IMG/VR virus record: IMGVR_UViG_3300014205_005221
Coordinates: 64,001-128,000 of that record
Strand: one strand, 5' to 3'
DNA length: 64,000 nt
Source: a virus
Taxonomy: Duplodnaviria; Caudoviricetes
Part shown: positions 8,759 to 18,066 of the stretch, piece after piece
Layout of the letters: every line of letters begins with the position of its first letter
Numbering within the stretch: position 1 is the first letter of the stretch
Program-made: the position numbers and the translations under genes
The notes under the pieces: generated by a model
What the model saw: the letters and a program-made list of their open reading frames with translations, nothing else
Told to the model about the DNA's origin: nothing
Databases searched by the model: none

Positions 8759-9287
8759 CTGCCTTCTCCAAAAACTCTTTTGCTGCCGCCAACCACTTGA
8801 GTACGTGATCCGGTGTTGCAATCTGATCTGCCGCGTCCAGACAACGAGCGTAGGACTCGGAGAACCGATCCACGCCACGACGATCTGCCCACACCCCCAG
8901 CGCCGCCACCGCGCCTGTACGCAGCTGTGCAGGCGTGACAGGGACTACCAAAGACGAGTCATCCTCGCCCACATCCAAGCCCTGCATGGCCATCAGACGC
9001 CGCGCAGCCAGCGGGCGGGTCACGTCCCACACCCGGGCAGCCAGGCCCACAGAGTCCCAACCCTCGGCGCACATATGACAGAAAGCGCGGCCGTCGCTGT
9101 AAATACGCATGTCCTTCTCACCCGATCGGTCGGGTGGGTGCGTCTCCTGGAACGGGCACATTACCTTGATGGACACACCGTCTCCCGGAGTGCCCGGGTT
9201 GGCGATACGGAGATGGTCGAGCACCACCACGATAGGAATCAACCGCGCAGCTCGATCCACAAAGCTGCCGCGACGCAATCGACGCAC
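8751..9287 (-). CDS. CHC2 zinc-finger protein (primase Zn-binding domain only)
   Basis: CPF..H...FCHMC..GWD; no TOPRIM domain. Confidence 0.7.
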   Translation of the reverse strand: MRRLRRGSFVDRAARLIPIVVVLDHLRIANPGTPGDGVSIKVMCPFQETHPPDRSGEKDMRIYSDGRAFCHMCAEGWDSVGLAARVWDVTRPLAARRLMAMQGLDVGEDDSSLVVPVTPAQLRTGAVAALGVWADRRGVDRFSESYARCLDAADQIATPDHVLKWLAAAKEFLEKADA

Positions 9288-9309
9288 GACGCTCTCCTAC
9301 CGCAGATAG

Positions 9310-9350
9310 CAGGAAGCCCCGGCAGCGAATGCATACCGGGGCTACTCCTG
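9310..9350 (-). terminator. Hairpin, possible terminator
   Basis: caggaagccccgg / ccggggctactcctg. Confidence 0.5.
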
Positions 9351-9357
9351 TTGTTAC

Positions 9358-9798
9358 TCAGTTCTCGGACGTCAGGCCCACCGACGCGAGTGCCTTCTCG
9401 CCGACATCGGAATCGACATCGAGACGATCCAGCTGCGACTGCTGAGACTGGACCAGATCCGACAGCTCCTCGACCTTGGCCGTCAGAGCCCGCACCTGCT
9501 CCGCCAGCTCGCCGAGAGACATGCCTTCCGCGAGGCGCACCCTCTTCTTGCCGTCGACCCAGGCGTACTTGCCGAACCGAGCACGGCCGTCCAGACCCTG
9601 ACGAGCGACATTGCGCTGGCCAATCTTGATCCGGCGCTCCTCGTCCATCGTCGCGGACTTCGTGCCCATCTCCTTGAGAGCGCGCTCAGCGGGAACTTCA
9701 GCTGCGCCGACCGCGAGCACCTCCTCGACGTCACGCACCTGTCCATCAGACAGGTAACTGTCCATCGCCACGGTCCATGCACTGCTGTTCTGAGGCAC
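9358..9798 (-). CDS. Hypothetical coiled-coil protein
   Basis: GGGGAG RBS; heptad-rich C-terminus. Confidence 0.65.
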   Translation of the reverse strand: MPQNSSAWTVAMDSYLSDGQVRDVEEVLAVGAAEVPAERALKEMGTKSATMDEERRIKIGQRNVARQGLDGRARFGKYAWVDGKKRVRLAEGMSLGELAEQVRALTAKVEELSDLVQSQQSQLDRLDVDSDVGEKALASVGLTSEN

Positions 9799-9869
9799 TT
9801 AACTCCCCTCTCACTCTCGCAACCGGTTCATCCGGAACACCACTGTTCTACCCGGCAGAAAGGGAACTG

Positions 9870-11396
9870 TCAGAATTGCGCGCCCGCACCCAGCAGGTAT
9901 GCCTGGTCAGCCCCGAAATTGCCGCCTTCAGCAGCGAAAGGATCCGCACCGGTCACACCAGGCGCGCCCACCGCTTCGGTAAAATAGCTCGTCGAGTAGT
10001 CCACCAACACAGGAATGGCTCGATCCCCCATGACCACCTCGCCACCACGGTGCTTGAGAATGTTCATTTTGATTCGAGCTGTCTGCGATTCACGCTCCCC
10101 GTCAGGAGACATCGCAATGACGATGTACGCAGAGTTGACCGCCTCCGACGTGTCCGCCAGACCGTTGGGGTCCAGATCGCCGGTGCGCGTCCACTCCTTC
10201 TGCGACTCGCGGTTGAGCTGCCACGGCGACACCGTCGCCACACCTCGGCCCTTGCGGAAGTCGACCGAGAAATGCGCCGCCTCCTTGACCAGGGTCGCCA
10301 GCTCCTCGCGCGAGGACAGCGTGTGGCGCCCGGACGACATCAGCGCGAGATAATCGATGACCACCAGGTCCGGCACCCGGATCCGGGAGTACGCCTCGAT
10401 CTGGGCCTTGAGGCTCAGCATCGTCATGCCGTACGGCATCTGCGACACGTAGCACGCGCCGTCCGAATTGATGGAGCCGTCCGCGCCCCAGTCCTTCGCC
10501 ACGGCCACCAGATACGGCATCACGGTCTCGGGAAGCTTGCCGCGATCGATGAGCGCGGAGTCCAGCCCCTTGGGAAGATTGAACTCGTCGCGGAAGTCTG
10601 CAAACTTCTCGTGCAGCGAATGCCGGGCCACCAGACGCGACCGGACCATCGAGCGCACAGTCTCCGATGTCGCAAAGAAAACGCTGCGACCCTGCAGCTG
10701 GGATGCGTGATAGCTCAGGCCCACGCAGAGCTGGCTCTTACCGAACCCGGACGGGGCGGCGATCATCGCCAAGCCCTTGCCCAAGCCGCCGATCTTCTCG
10801 TCGAGGGTGGGAAGACCGAACAGCGGGCGTCCGGACGTGTCCTCATCGCGAGCCCTGACGTAGTCCGTGAGAACGTCTCGACCCTCTTGCATGACGTCGG
10901 CCGCTGGAGCTTCTTCGAGCTGCGACTCCGTGTTGATTTCCTGGATGCGCGCAGCCGCCCACTCCCGCGCATCCGCAGGACCCGACCACGTCCGACCCGG
11001 GCGCCCGTTCGGGCCTTCCTCGGTGATCGAGCCGACCAGAATGTCCGAGGACTCGCGAAGGGCAATCTGCGTGAGCCGCTTCTCGTGCTCGCGACGCAGC
11101 GTGTGCGCCGCAAACCGAGCGATGTCAGAAGTGACCCCAGCATCTCGGAGAGACTCATACGTCTCCCGGAACAGAGCCGCCGTTCCGGCATCGAGATCGC
11201 CGGTCAGCGCGTCAATCGCCGCAGACGGCAGCACGCCATCGGCCTGACGCCGGTAGTAAATGGCCGAGCGGAACAGGGAGCGAAGCGTGGGATCTACAAA
11301 ATGCTCTTCTTTAACCGACCTGTCGATCTCATCGATCAAAACAACGTCGTTGCTGAGCATCCCCGCAACTACTTGAGACGCCGAATCCAAAGACAC
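9870..11396 (-). CDS. dnaB: Replicative DnaB-like helicase
   Basis: Walker A APSGFGKS, VVIDYL, QLNR, ILKHRGG; start re-assigned to GTG 11396 after GGAG. Confidence 0.88.
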   Translation of the reverse strand: MSLDSASQVVAGMLSNDVVLIDEIDRSVKEEHFVDPTLRSLFRSAIYYRRQADGVLPSAAIDALTGDLDAGTAALFRETYESLRDAGVTSDIARFAAHTLRREHEKRLTQIALRESSDILVGSITEEGPNGRPGRTWSGPADAREWAAARIQEINTESQLEEAPAADVMQEGRDVLTDYVRARDEDTSGRPLFGLPTLDEKIGGLGKGLAMIAAPSGFGKSQLCVGLSYHASQLQGRSVFFATSETVRSMVRSRLVARHSLHEKFADFRDEFNLPKGLDSALIDRGKLPETVMPYLVAVAKDWGADGSINSDGACYVSQMPYGMTMLSLKAQIEAYSRIRVPDLVVIDYLALMSSGRHTLSSREELATLVKEAAHFSVDFRKGRGVATVSPWQLNRESQKEWTRTGDLDPNGLADTSEAVNSAYIVIAMSPDGERESQTARIKMNILKHRGGEVVMGDRAIPVLVDYSTSYFTEAVGAPGVTGADPFAAEGGNFGADQAYLLGAGAQF

Positions 11397-11427
11397 AGTA
11401 CTCCATTCGAGAGGATCCCAGCGGCTT

Positions 11428-11787
11428 CTACCCGCGCAGCTCGATACGGGTGTCCACTCCGTAATCGAATGTAGGAATGCCTGCCTTACGGGCGTGGCGG
11501 GCACAATGTCCCGTCCCGGAACGCCACTTCAGGGCGAACGCCAGACACGCATCCGCGCCCAGCGAAATCATGTGCAGGTTGCGCAGCAGCGGAGTCTCAA
11601 AATCGGCGGCGGGGTAACTTTCCACCGGACCGAACGGCTCCCACATCTGGGCAGCTGTCTTGTCCAAACCTTCCGCGTTACCATGCACAAGGATGTCACC
11701 GCGCTGCATGTGTGCGAGAATGGCCTGAACAATCAGCGCAGGATCAGCCCAACTCTGAGAACCGGTGAACAGAAAGCGCCTCGTCAT
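11428..11787 (-). CDS. SLOG-family (DUF2493/YspA-like) protein
   Basis: FTGS, LVHGNAEGLD, RN..M, SGTGHC motifs. Confidence 0.75.
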   Translation of the reverse strand: MTRRFLFTGSQSWADPALIVQAILAHMQRGDILVHGNAEGLDKTAAQMWEPFGPVESYPAADFETPLLRNLHMISLGADACLAFALKWRSGTGHCARHARKAGIPTFDYGVDTRIELRG

Positions 11788-11802
11788 ACGACGCTTCTAC
11801 CC

Positions 11803-12051
11803 TCAGCCAAACTTGAGAGTAACCGACTTACCATTGACGGAAGCCTTGGCATCCTCAATGTCCTTCAACGCAGCAACAATGTGCTTTGTCTGGTTAGGAG
11901 TAGTCCAGCCGCTGATCTGCACGTCAGAAATAACGTGATCATCTTCTTTGTGGCTGCGGACCTCGTAATCCGAGTCGCCTACCTCTGCGGCCTTCAAAGC
12001 CTTGTGAACAGCTGCGGTGCATCCGGCAGCGGTGAACTCGCTATCGCCCAT
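11803..12051 (-). CDS. Hypothetical protein
   Basis: Co-oriented and tightly packed. Confidence 0.6.
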   Translation of the reverse strand: MGDSEFTAAGCTAAVHKALKAAEVGDSDYEVRSHKEDDHVISDVQISGWTTPNQTKHIVAALKDIEDAKASVNGKSVTLKFG

Positions 12052-12054
12052 GCT

Positions 12055-12384
12055 CTAGAACTCGGCTGCATAGGGCGGAACATCCAGGTTGATGAAGGCT
12101 GCAGAGCTGAACGGAGCCAATCCCAGCGTCGCTCGAACCACCTCAGAAGTAGGCGGATGCGACGGGTCTCCATGCTCAAAACGCGAGCACTCCACGCCCA
12201 CCGGGTTGGCCGCAGACACCTCTACCGAGAACAAAATCTCCGGCCACTCGTCGAACCACGCAGGCATGAAATCCTCGCAGGGACCATCGTCATCGAGAAA
12301 ACGATGCCTACACTTCTCGCAACGATTGCCCACAAATATATCGCCGTCGTCACCGTTGCTAAAAGGCCCGCTAGCCAAGGTCAA
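12055..12384 (-). CDS. Hypothetical Cys-rich protein
   Basis: FSNG..G..F...CEKC motif. Confidence 0.6.
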   Translation of the reverse strand: MTLASGPFSNGDDGDIFVGNRCEKCRHRFLDDDGPCEDFMPAWFDEWPEILFSVEVSAANPVGVECSRFEHGDPSHPPTSEVVRATLGLAPFSSAAFINLDVPPYAAEF

Positions 12385-12598
12385 CCTCCCGCAAAATCTT
12401 GTCGATAGCCTCGTGCAAGTTGCGACTTACCTTGCTCTGCACCCGGGCGCGGGCCATCACAGCCTCGACATCCGTCACCACCGGTTCGACCGTCGCCACG
12501 CCGCTGATCATGCGCAACGCGTTGATGATGAGACCCGCCTCGTCCTCACGAACATCCGACGCCAGCGTGACGATGTACCCGACGTGACGCTCAGTCAC
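12371..12598 (-). CDS. Hypothetical protein
   Basis: GTG start after AAGGAG. Confidence 0.6.
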   Translation of the reverse strand: MTERHVGYIVTLASDVREDEAGLIINALRMISGVATVEPVVTDVEAVMARARVQSKVSRNLHEAIDKILREVDLG

Positions 12599-12809
12599 TG
12601 AAGTACTCCTTTGCGAAACTCGCCACGACAGTCGAGGTGAAGTAGGCGTAGCCCACGAAAACACAGATCGGCCACAGCGTCGCCCAACCGATCGGGTTCA
12701 ACGCAGGAAGCGCGTTCAGATGCACGAACCCCAACACGACGGTCCAGAACCACGCCGACGGAAATGCCAGAAGCGGCGGAAGAAACACCCACATGAGAAA
12801 TAGCTTCAT
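12591..12809 (-). CDS. Small membrane protein
   Basis: MKLFLMWVFL..., two TM helices; start 7 nt after GGGTACAA. Confidence 0.65.
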   Translation of the reverse strand: MKLFLMWVFLPPLLAFPSAWFWTVVLGFVHLNALPALNPIGWATLWPICVFVGYAYFTSTVVASFAKEYFSD

Positions 12810-12832
12810 GTCTGTGTTGTACCCAGCAGTGG

Positions 12833-13058
12833 CGGAACCGGGGTGAAGGCGGGGGATCCGACACCCCGGTTCCGAGGGTCGAGCGAGAGGTGGCTGGGGA
12901 CACCGTCTCGCCCGGGGCTGCAGTTGGGTCAGCCTTCGGATGAGACAAAGAGCCCCCGAACCGGAAATCCCAGCTCGGGGGCTCTTTCGCAAGGGATGAC
13001 CAATCCCTCACTCCACCATCAAAACGACAAGAGAATCGGGGGGCTTCCTCTCTCATCC
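12833..13058 (-). ncRNA. Candidate structured ncRNA with C-rich loops (6C-RNA-like architecture)
   Basis: Intergenic; five hairpins, two with perfect 13-bp stems, plus an outer closing helix; starts ~7 nt after GGGTAGGA. Confidence 0.5.
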
Positions 13059-13066
13059 CGCAAGTC

Positions 13067-13459
13067 CTACCCAACCGGTGCAGAAACGGGCACCAGCAAC
13101 GGAAGAATCAACGTCTGGGCTGCACCAAACTTATCACCCTGCCCGACGAACCACGCCTGGGCTCGCTCCCGGGAAAGGAAGGGACCGAACCCCATCGACA
13201 TGGTCTCAGAAAAGACAGCCACCACAACGAACTTGTCGGCGCGATCATCTGATTCCTGATCTGCATGGTAGAACACCGACTTCCCCCCGGCCTGCGGCGG
13301 AGACGAATCCGGATGTGCAAGCAGGAAATCTCGCACCTCATGCTTGCTCGGGTCAATGAAAGCTACACGGGGGTTAAACCACTCCAACAACCGCTCACGA
13401 TCCTCAAACGGACCGTACGCGTGCAAAATAGACTGATGTCTCCACACCAACACGCGCAT
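13067..13459 (-). CDS. Hypothetical protein
   Basis: TGATG overlap; internal repeated GPF motif. Confidence 0.6.
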   Translation of the reverse strand: MRVLVWRHQSILHAYGPFEDRERLLEWFNPRVAFIDPSKHEVRDFLLAHPDSSPPQAGGKSVFYHADQESDDRADKFVVVAVFSETMSMGFGPFLSRERAQAWFVGQGDKFGAAQTLILPLLVPVSAPVG

Positions 13460-13764
13460 CAGATCGGCCTCCACTTCTGCACCGAACGCCACGCCACACG
13501 AGACGGTGCAGCACCCGGCTGGTCGTGGAACAGGAAAAGATCCACAGCCTGAGCCACGCTGCCGTACACCGCCTCGCCAGAGAGCCAGCGGCCATCGGGA
13601 GTCTGAATCTGCAGCACGAACTGCAGATCGCCCTCTTCATCGTCGCAGAACTGACAGTTGCCGGACTGCACACGCTGCAAATTCTCCACCGGGCAGCCAG
13701 TCTTACCGTATTTGCATCCGTGCAGCGCACAACAGTGCGTGATGTGAATTCCAGTGTTCGCCAT
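13459..13764 (-). CDS. Hypothetical Cys/His-rich protein
   Basis: HCC..HGCKYG...CP motif; leaderless start. Confidence 0.65.
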   Translation of the reverse strand: MANTGIHITHCCALHGCKYGKTGCPVENLQRVQSGNCQFCDDEEGDLQFVLQIQTPDGRWLSGEAVYGSVAQAVDLFLFHDQPGAAPSRVAWRSVQKWRPI

Positions 13765-13766
13765 GT

Positions 13767-14051
13767 CTACCTTCTACCCTGAAACGGGCTGTAGTGATAG
13801 ATCATGCCTAAAAGCCAACTACGTCCCACCGGATTGGCTGAATGAACACGAACCACACGCGGCCAGCGATCCTCATGCTCACAGAGCCAGAGAACCACCG
13901 GCCGCGTCGTGTCCTCGCCGCCCAGGTCGTGATCAAGCGACATCTCCGAGACCGCACAGATACTCAGAGTTTCGATTGCCGCACTCGAACTCAGCGCCCA
14001 CGCCCACTCGGAGCCCGGAGGCTTGCGAATGTCATCGACCCAGAGCTTCAT
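13767..14051 (-). CDS. Cyclic-phosphate-processing receiver-like domain protein
   Basis: KLWVDDIR, SLDHDLG and VHSANPVG motifs. Confidence 0.75.
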   Translation of the reverse strand: MKLWVDDIRKPPGSEWAWALSSSAAIETLSICAVSEMSLDHDLGGEDTTRPVVLWLCEHEDRWPRVVRVHSANPVGRSWLLGMIYHYSPFQGRR

Positions 14052-14596
14052 GCCACATGTTCTACCCTGTCCGGGAACAGGCACCTGACGTTGTACGGAA
14101 TCCACTCCTCCTTGGAGTAGCGCGACCGGATCAGACCGACCACCCACTCCGGGACCAGCTCCTCAGACTCCAGGTACGACGCACGCGCCCACTCCGGAAG
14201 CTGACGCGTGATAGCCCGGCGCTTACCCTTGAGCGAGCGCGGAGGCATACAGGAGCCCGGATCATCCCAAGGACCGGCAGGAACCTCCGGAACCGAGAAC
14301 TGGCTCCACCGCTCACGGCGCGGAGCGTTCCTTTCCTCGTGCCACAGCGAGATGGTGCAGTGCGCACGGTTGGAACCCTTACGGTTATTGCAGTCGGCGC
14401 ACAGGATCGTCGCGTTCTCCATCAGCGACGCACCACCCAACGAGCGCGGGTGGATGTGATCCAAGGTCAACTGCGAGCCGGTGCCCCAGACATTCGGACA
14501 CCGGCACTGCCTACATCGTTCGTGGCCCAACCGGATGCGTGCTCGATACACTCGCACCCAGTGGGCATGCTTATCCCAGCTGGGGTACGTAGCCAT
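14048..14596 (-). CDS. HNH endonuclease
   Basis: LTLDHIHPRSLGG...N...LCADCNNRKG. Confidence 0.85.
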   Translation of the reverse strand: MATYPSWDKHAHWVRVYRARIRLGHERCRQCRCPNVWGTGSQLTLDHIHPRSLGGASLMENATILCADCNNRKGSNRAHCTISLWHEERNAPRRERWSQFSVPEVPAGPWDDPGSCMPPRSLKGKRRAITRQLPEWARASYLESEELVPEWVVGLIRSRYSKEEWIPYNVRCLFPDRVEHVA

Positions 14597-14663
14597 AATG
14601 ATGTTATACCCGACTACAGAGACCGTGTCATCTGATATTCGAGCAACGACACCGGATCAGACG

Positions 14664-14924
14664 CTAACGGGAGAACTCATCCTTGGTCTCCTCGGTCAGC
14701 TCTTCGAGCTTCTCCAGGAACTCCTCGAAGCACTCCCGAAGCTCATCACCTTTACCCGCGTCCGACTGCACCGTCGCCATGACACCGCACAGCTTGCGCA
14801 CGCGATCAACGTCCTTGGTGTCGCGCGACAGAGTGTCAGCTTCGATCAGATCCCAGTTCCCCAGGAAATCAATGATCTTGCGCAAACGCCGAAGCTCGAC
14901 AAGAGCCAACTCATAGCTACTCAT
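14664..14924 (-). CDS. Hypothetical protein
   Basis: Acidic helical ORF overlapping the upstream stop. Confidence 0.55.
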   Translation of the reverse strand: MSSYELALVELRRLRKIIDFLGNWDLIEADTLSRDTKDVDRVRKLCGVMATVQSDAGKGDELRECFEEFLEKLEELTEETKDEFSR

Positions 14925-15375
14925 CAGCAGGCTCCACATCCAGCCACTCACCAGCAGGCTCCACATCCAGCCGCTCCGGAAGCTTGTTGTGCCTCAGACC
15001 GGTCGCCAGCACCACCGCCCCCGCAAACGGAACATGGACTACCAGCGTGCGATTGCCGTACTCATCGCCGCCACGCCAAATCCACTTGTCTCGATTAACG
15101 TGATCACGAAGGTAATACCACACCCGGCGGGCAGACGGATACGTCATGCGCGCCATCAGATCGGGGCGCTTCACCGTCAGCTGGAAAACGATCTCTTCCG
15201 CAGCAGCCGCAGACCGCCGCGTCTCATCGGAGCCGTCCAAGTCGAGAATATCCTCGATCAGGCCCTGCGCCTCCAGCTGCGCAAGAGCGTAATCGTCCGA
15301 CTCAGCGTCTACACGCTTCTCGTGACGATCATAAATCCAACGGGTAATACGCAGCATTACTGCCCTCTCATACAA
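14917..15375 (-). CDS. Hypothetical protein
   Basis: GGDEYGNRT motif; C-terminal LDVEPA duplication. Confidence 0.6.
   Translation of the reverse strand: MYERAVMLRITRWIYDRHEKRVDAESDDYALAQLEAQGLIEDILDLDGSDETRRSAAAAEEIVFQLTVKRPDLMARMTYPSARRVWYYLRDHVNRDKWIWRGGDEYGNRTLVVHVPFAGAVVLATGLRHNKLPERLDVEPAGEWLDVEPADE
14920..14973. repeat. 27-bp tandem duplication (2 copies, 2 mismatches)
   Basis: ctcatcagcaggctccacatccagcca / ctcaccagcaggctccacatccagccg. Confidence 0.9.
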
Positions 15376-15391
15376 ATTGCTTACCGCTGTT

Positions 15392-15775
15392 CTACCCCGA
15401 CATGCGTGAAAGCAATTCCGCTGCTACCGCAGCCGTGCGCTTAGCCGGTGTCGACGGCTTTAATCCGAGCGCGATGTTGATGGTCACCAGCGCCTCACCA
15501 AGACCCTCATTCGCCTCGATAAGCTGGCAAATGACGTCATTCTCGTTCGGAGACTGGCCCATCGAGGCAAACAGATTCGGAGCGCCAGTAGCCAGGATCG
15601 TGCACTCCCGGCACCAATGAGACTGGTCTTCCGGAGTGCCGACAAACGCCTCTGACCAGCCGCCGTACTCCACCGCCTGCCGCCACGTCTCCGCAGACGT
15701 AGCACCGGTGCCGCCCGCCCACACATCACGGCAGTGGTCACACACGAACTCGTAGAGATGCCTGCGCACCAACAT
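15392..15775 (-). CDS. Hypothetical Zn-finger protein
   Basis: CDHC...HWCREC; TGATG start. Confidence 0.6.
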   Translation of the reverse strand: MLVRRHLYEFVCDHCRDVWAGGTGATSAETWRQAVEYGGWSEAFVGTPEDQSHWCRECTILATGAPNLFASMGQSPNENDVICQLIEANEGLGEALVTINIALGLKPSTPAKRTAAVAAELLSRMSG

Positions 15776-16050
15776 CAGCGCCTCCGCTTCACACGCGCCC
15801 GAGAGCGGCGATGGTATGCCCGGCCATCGATGACCAGCGGGTTGGGTCCGCCCAGCTCGCAACAGCACCCCGCCGGGCCGTAGCCGCCCTCTTTCTCCCC
15901 GCACAGACACGTCCACTCGACGCAGCACAGGTTGATGCACAGCCCCGAAGTGTAAGACGGAGTGTCATCGTCGGGCTCCACACGACGTCCACAACACCAC
16001 TTGTTGTAACCTTCAGGCTCACCGAGACCCAGGTCATCAAGCCAAGACAT
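15775..16050 (-). CDS. Hypothetical Cys-rich protein
   Basis: GGGAG RBS; many Cys. Confidence 0.55.
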   Translation of the reverse strand: MSWLDDLGLGEPEGYNKWCCGRRVEPDDDTPSYTSGLCINLCCVEWTCLCGEKEGGYGPAGCCCELGGPNPLVIDGRAYHRRSRARVKRRR

Positions 16051-16059
16051 CAGACTCCC

Positions 16060-16326
16060 CTACAGACCCGGAACATCATCGGTACCGCCGCCGGAACGGA
16101 AGCGCGACAGCACCTCGGTCACCACTTCATCTCCGCTGTCTGTCAACTGCTGATCATGATAGAAACCCGAGGTGGTCTCCACCATGGGGCGATTCGAAGG
16201 CTCGGAATCGGCAATCACCGACGACACCGAATTGGACGGGACCGACAACGCGGAGAGCACAGCCTCTCGAACGTCATCAAAAGAATGCTGCTCGTCGAGA
16301 GCGATTTCGGTCAGATGGCGACCCAC
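16060..16326 (-). CDS. Hypothetical protein
   Basis: TAGTG overlap start. Confidence 0.5.
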   Translation of the reverse strand: MGRHLTEIALDEQHSFDDVREAVLSALSVPSNSVSSVIADSEPSNRPMVETTSGFYHDQQLTDSGDEVVTEVLSRFRSGGGTDDVPGL

Positions 16327-16544
16327 TAGAGTCCACCGATCTTGCCACGCTTGGCTCGAGCCAGCTTGCGCATCGCATACACCATGCGCTCCGCTTCCTC
16401 GCGCAGCATGTAGCGATACAAGATCTCCAGACTGAGAACGCCACCGTTCGCCGCAGCGATCTCGCCCATGCGGTAACGGCCAATCGCCCACTCGGTGACC
16501 TCGTCCATCTCTTCTTCCGTGAGGTCCAGCGCGAAATCTTCCAT
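16326..16544 (-). CDS. Hypothetical protein
   Basis: MEDFALD start after GGAG. Confidence 0.55.
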   Translation of the reverse strand: MEDFALDLTEEEMDEVTEWAIGRYRMGEIAAANGGVLSLEILYRYMLREEAERMVYAMRKLARAKRGKIGGL

Positions 16545-16546
16545 GC

Positions 16547-17107
16547 TCAAATCTCGCCACCGATCAGCAAATGCGCCATCGTGGCGAGCGCCCATCGACC
16601 GTGATCCGGATCGTCACGCAGCGGGGTCAGATGATCGCGCAACATCTTCAACGCCTCAATCGCAGACGTCTCACCTGTATCCTGCAGATACCGCAATGCG
16701 CCATCAACGCGATCAATAAGAACTTCCGCCTGCTGCTCAGCAGGAAGCGAACGCTGCGCAACCTCATGACCGCGCGACCCGGGGCTGTAAGACCGCGTCA
16801 CACCCTCGGGAAGATTGCCGGGAATCTTTCCGTGAGTTCGATACGGGTCCGTAGACGGAATAACCATAAACGAGTCGCTCGATCCGCGCGCCAGGTCGCG
16901 CACGTCCGCGACATCAATCGGCACGTCGAACACCGCATCCGTACGCTCGGCACGAAACGCCAGGCTGGGAGAGATCGCAGAACGGACGGCACGCTCCGCC
17001 AGATGCGCTGCGTCGCCGTAGTCCACCGCTGGGACGTTGGAAAACACCACCGTAGCGATGCGCCACACCGGCTCGTCAGCGTTGTCGTAAACAGGCTTCT
17101 CGGTCAT
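16547..17107 (-). CDS. Hypothetical protein
   Basis: Start 7 nt after CGGTATGA. Confidence 0.65.
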   Translation of the reverse strand: MTEKPVYDNADEPVWRIATVVFSNVPAVDYGDAAHLAERAVRSAISPSLAFRAERTDAVFDVPIDVADVRDLARGSSDSFMVIPSTDPYRTHGKIPGNLPEGVTRSYSPGSRGHEVAQRSLPAEQQAEVLIDRVDGALRYLQDTGETSAIEALKMLRDHLTPLRDDPDHGRWALATMAHLLIGGEI

Positions 17108-17114
17108 AAGCTAG

Positions 17115-17411
17115 TCATACCGACTCAGCGAGATCATCCAGCTCGCCCGCAAGCGCGGCTCCGCTATAGCCCTGCGCCTCCACCAGCTCACGCAGCGCCG
17201 CTCGCTTCTCCGGGATGGGCCCATCACCATCGACCCAAAGGCGCACCACCGCCCGGCATCGCATGAGCAACCACGAGCGCGCGTGCGCCTCGTCGTAGAG
17301 CGCCTGCTCCAGCGCCACGATTTCACGCTTGAGACGAAGCACCTCGGCCTGCAGGTTCTCCGCCGTGCCTCGCCAGTCCACCAGAGCCAGGTCTACGCCT
17401 TCGGAATCCAC
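17115..17411 (-). CDS. Hypothetical coiled-coil protein
   Basis: GTG after GGAGG; heptad pattern. Confidence 0.6.
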   Translation of the reverse strand: MDSEGVDLALVDWRGTAENLQAEVLRLKREIVALEQALYDEAHARSWLLMRCRAVVRLWVDGDGPIPEKRAALRELVEAQGYSGAALAGELDDLAESV

Positions 17412-17631
17412 GCTTCCTCCACGCACCGCAGGTCAGCGCCGTAGCGCTCATACCAGATGTCATACCCGGTCGGGTCATCATCTTCAGCCCGGGGCAACTT
17501 CTTCGGTGCGCAGACCGGCGGGAAACACGTTCAGCTTGCGCACGTAGACGTCCATGGTCTCGTGCACAGCGATCAGCGGAGACTCCTCTTCGGACATGAA
17601 GCAGTCTCTACGAAACCGCGATCAAACAAAC

Positions 17632-18066
17632 TCACCGCTCCCACCACCCCACCGGTTCCGCTCCGACCAATACTTCAGAATCGCGAGGACTCCACTTTTC
17701 GTAAAACCTGTACCACTCGATCTGCGGCTGAGTATTTCCAATGTGCGTACGCTTTCCATCTGTATAATCAGTGTGTACACCGACATACTTTTGAAAATCC
17801 GCGTGACGCTCCGCCTCTACAGCAGTCTGTTCCGGAGACAGTCGATACAGCTGATACCGGCGATAAAAACCGCACTGATCTGCTTCATCAGTCTTTTCAT
17901 CGTAGCAATCGCACTGCTCGATCATTTGCGCCCAAAGAACTGTCCCGTCTTCAAGGCGCACCATGCCCGAAATGGGACCGTCGTAATACGACGAGTGATA
18001 AACCCACTGGATGTTATCCAGCTGCGGACCCAACGCAGGGTTATCCGGAATGTGCTCGGACTTCAC
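17632..18066 (-). CDS. Hypothetical protein
   Basis: YYDGPISG motif; GTGA overlap. Confidence 0.65.
   Translation of the reverse strand: MKSEHIPDNPALGPQLDNIQWVYHSSYYDGPISGMVRLEDGTVLWAQMIEQCDCYDEKTDEADQCGFYRRYQLYRLSPEQTAVEAERHADFQKYVGVHTDYTDGKRTHIGNTQPQIEWYRFYEKWSPRDSEVLVGAEPVGWWER

Noticed and set aside
12595-13074. 159-aa and 133-aa minus-strand ORFs crossing the hairpin region
   Set aside because: Non-protein-like composition; only 12591-12809 looks coding
17484-17597. 37-aa ORF MSEEESPLIAV...
   Set aside because: Plausible gap-filling micro-gene, but without an RBS or clear motif; not enough support to list
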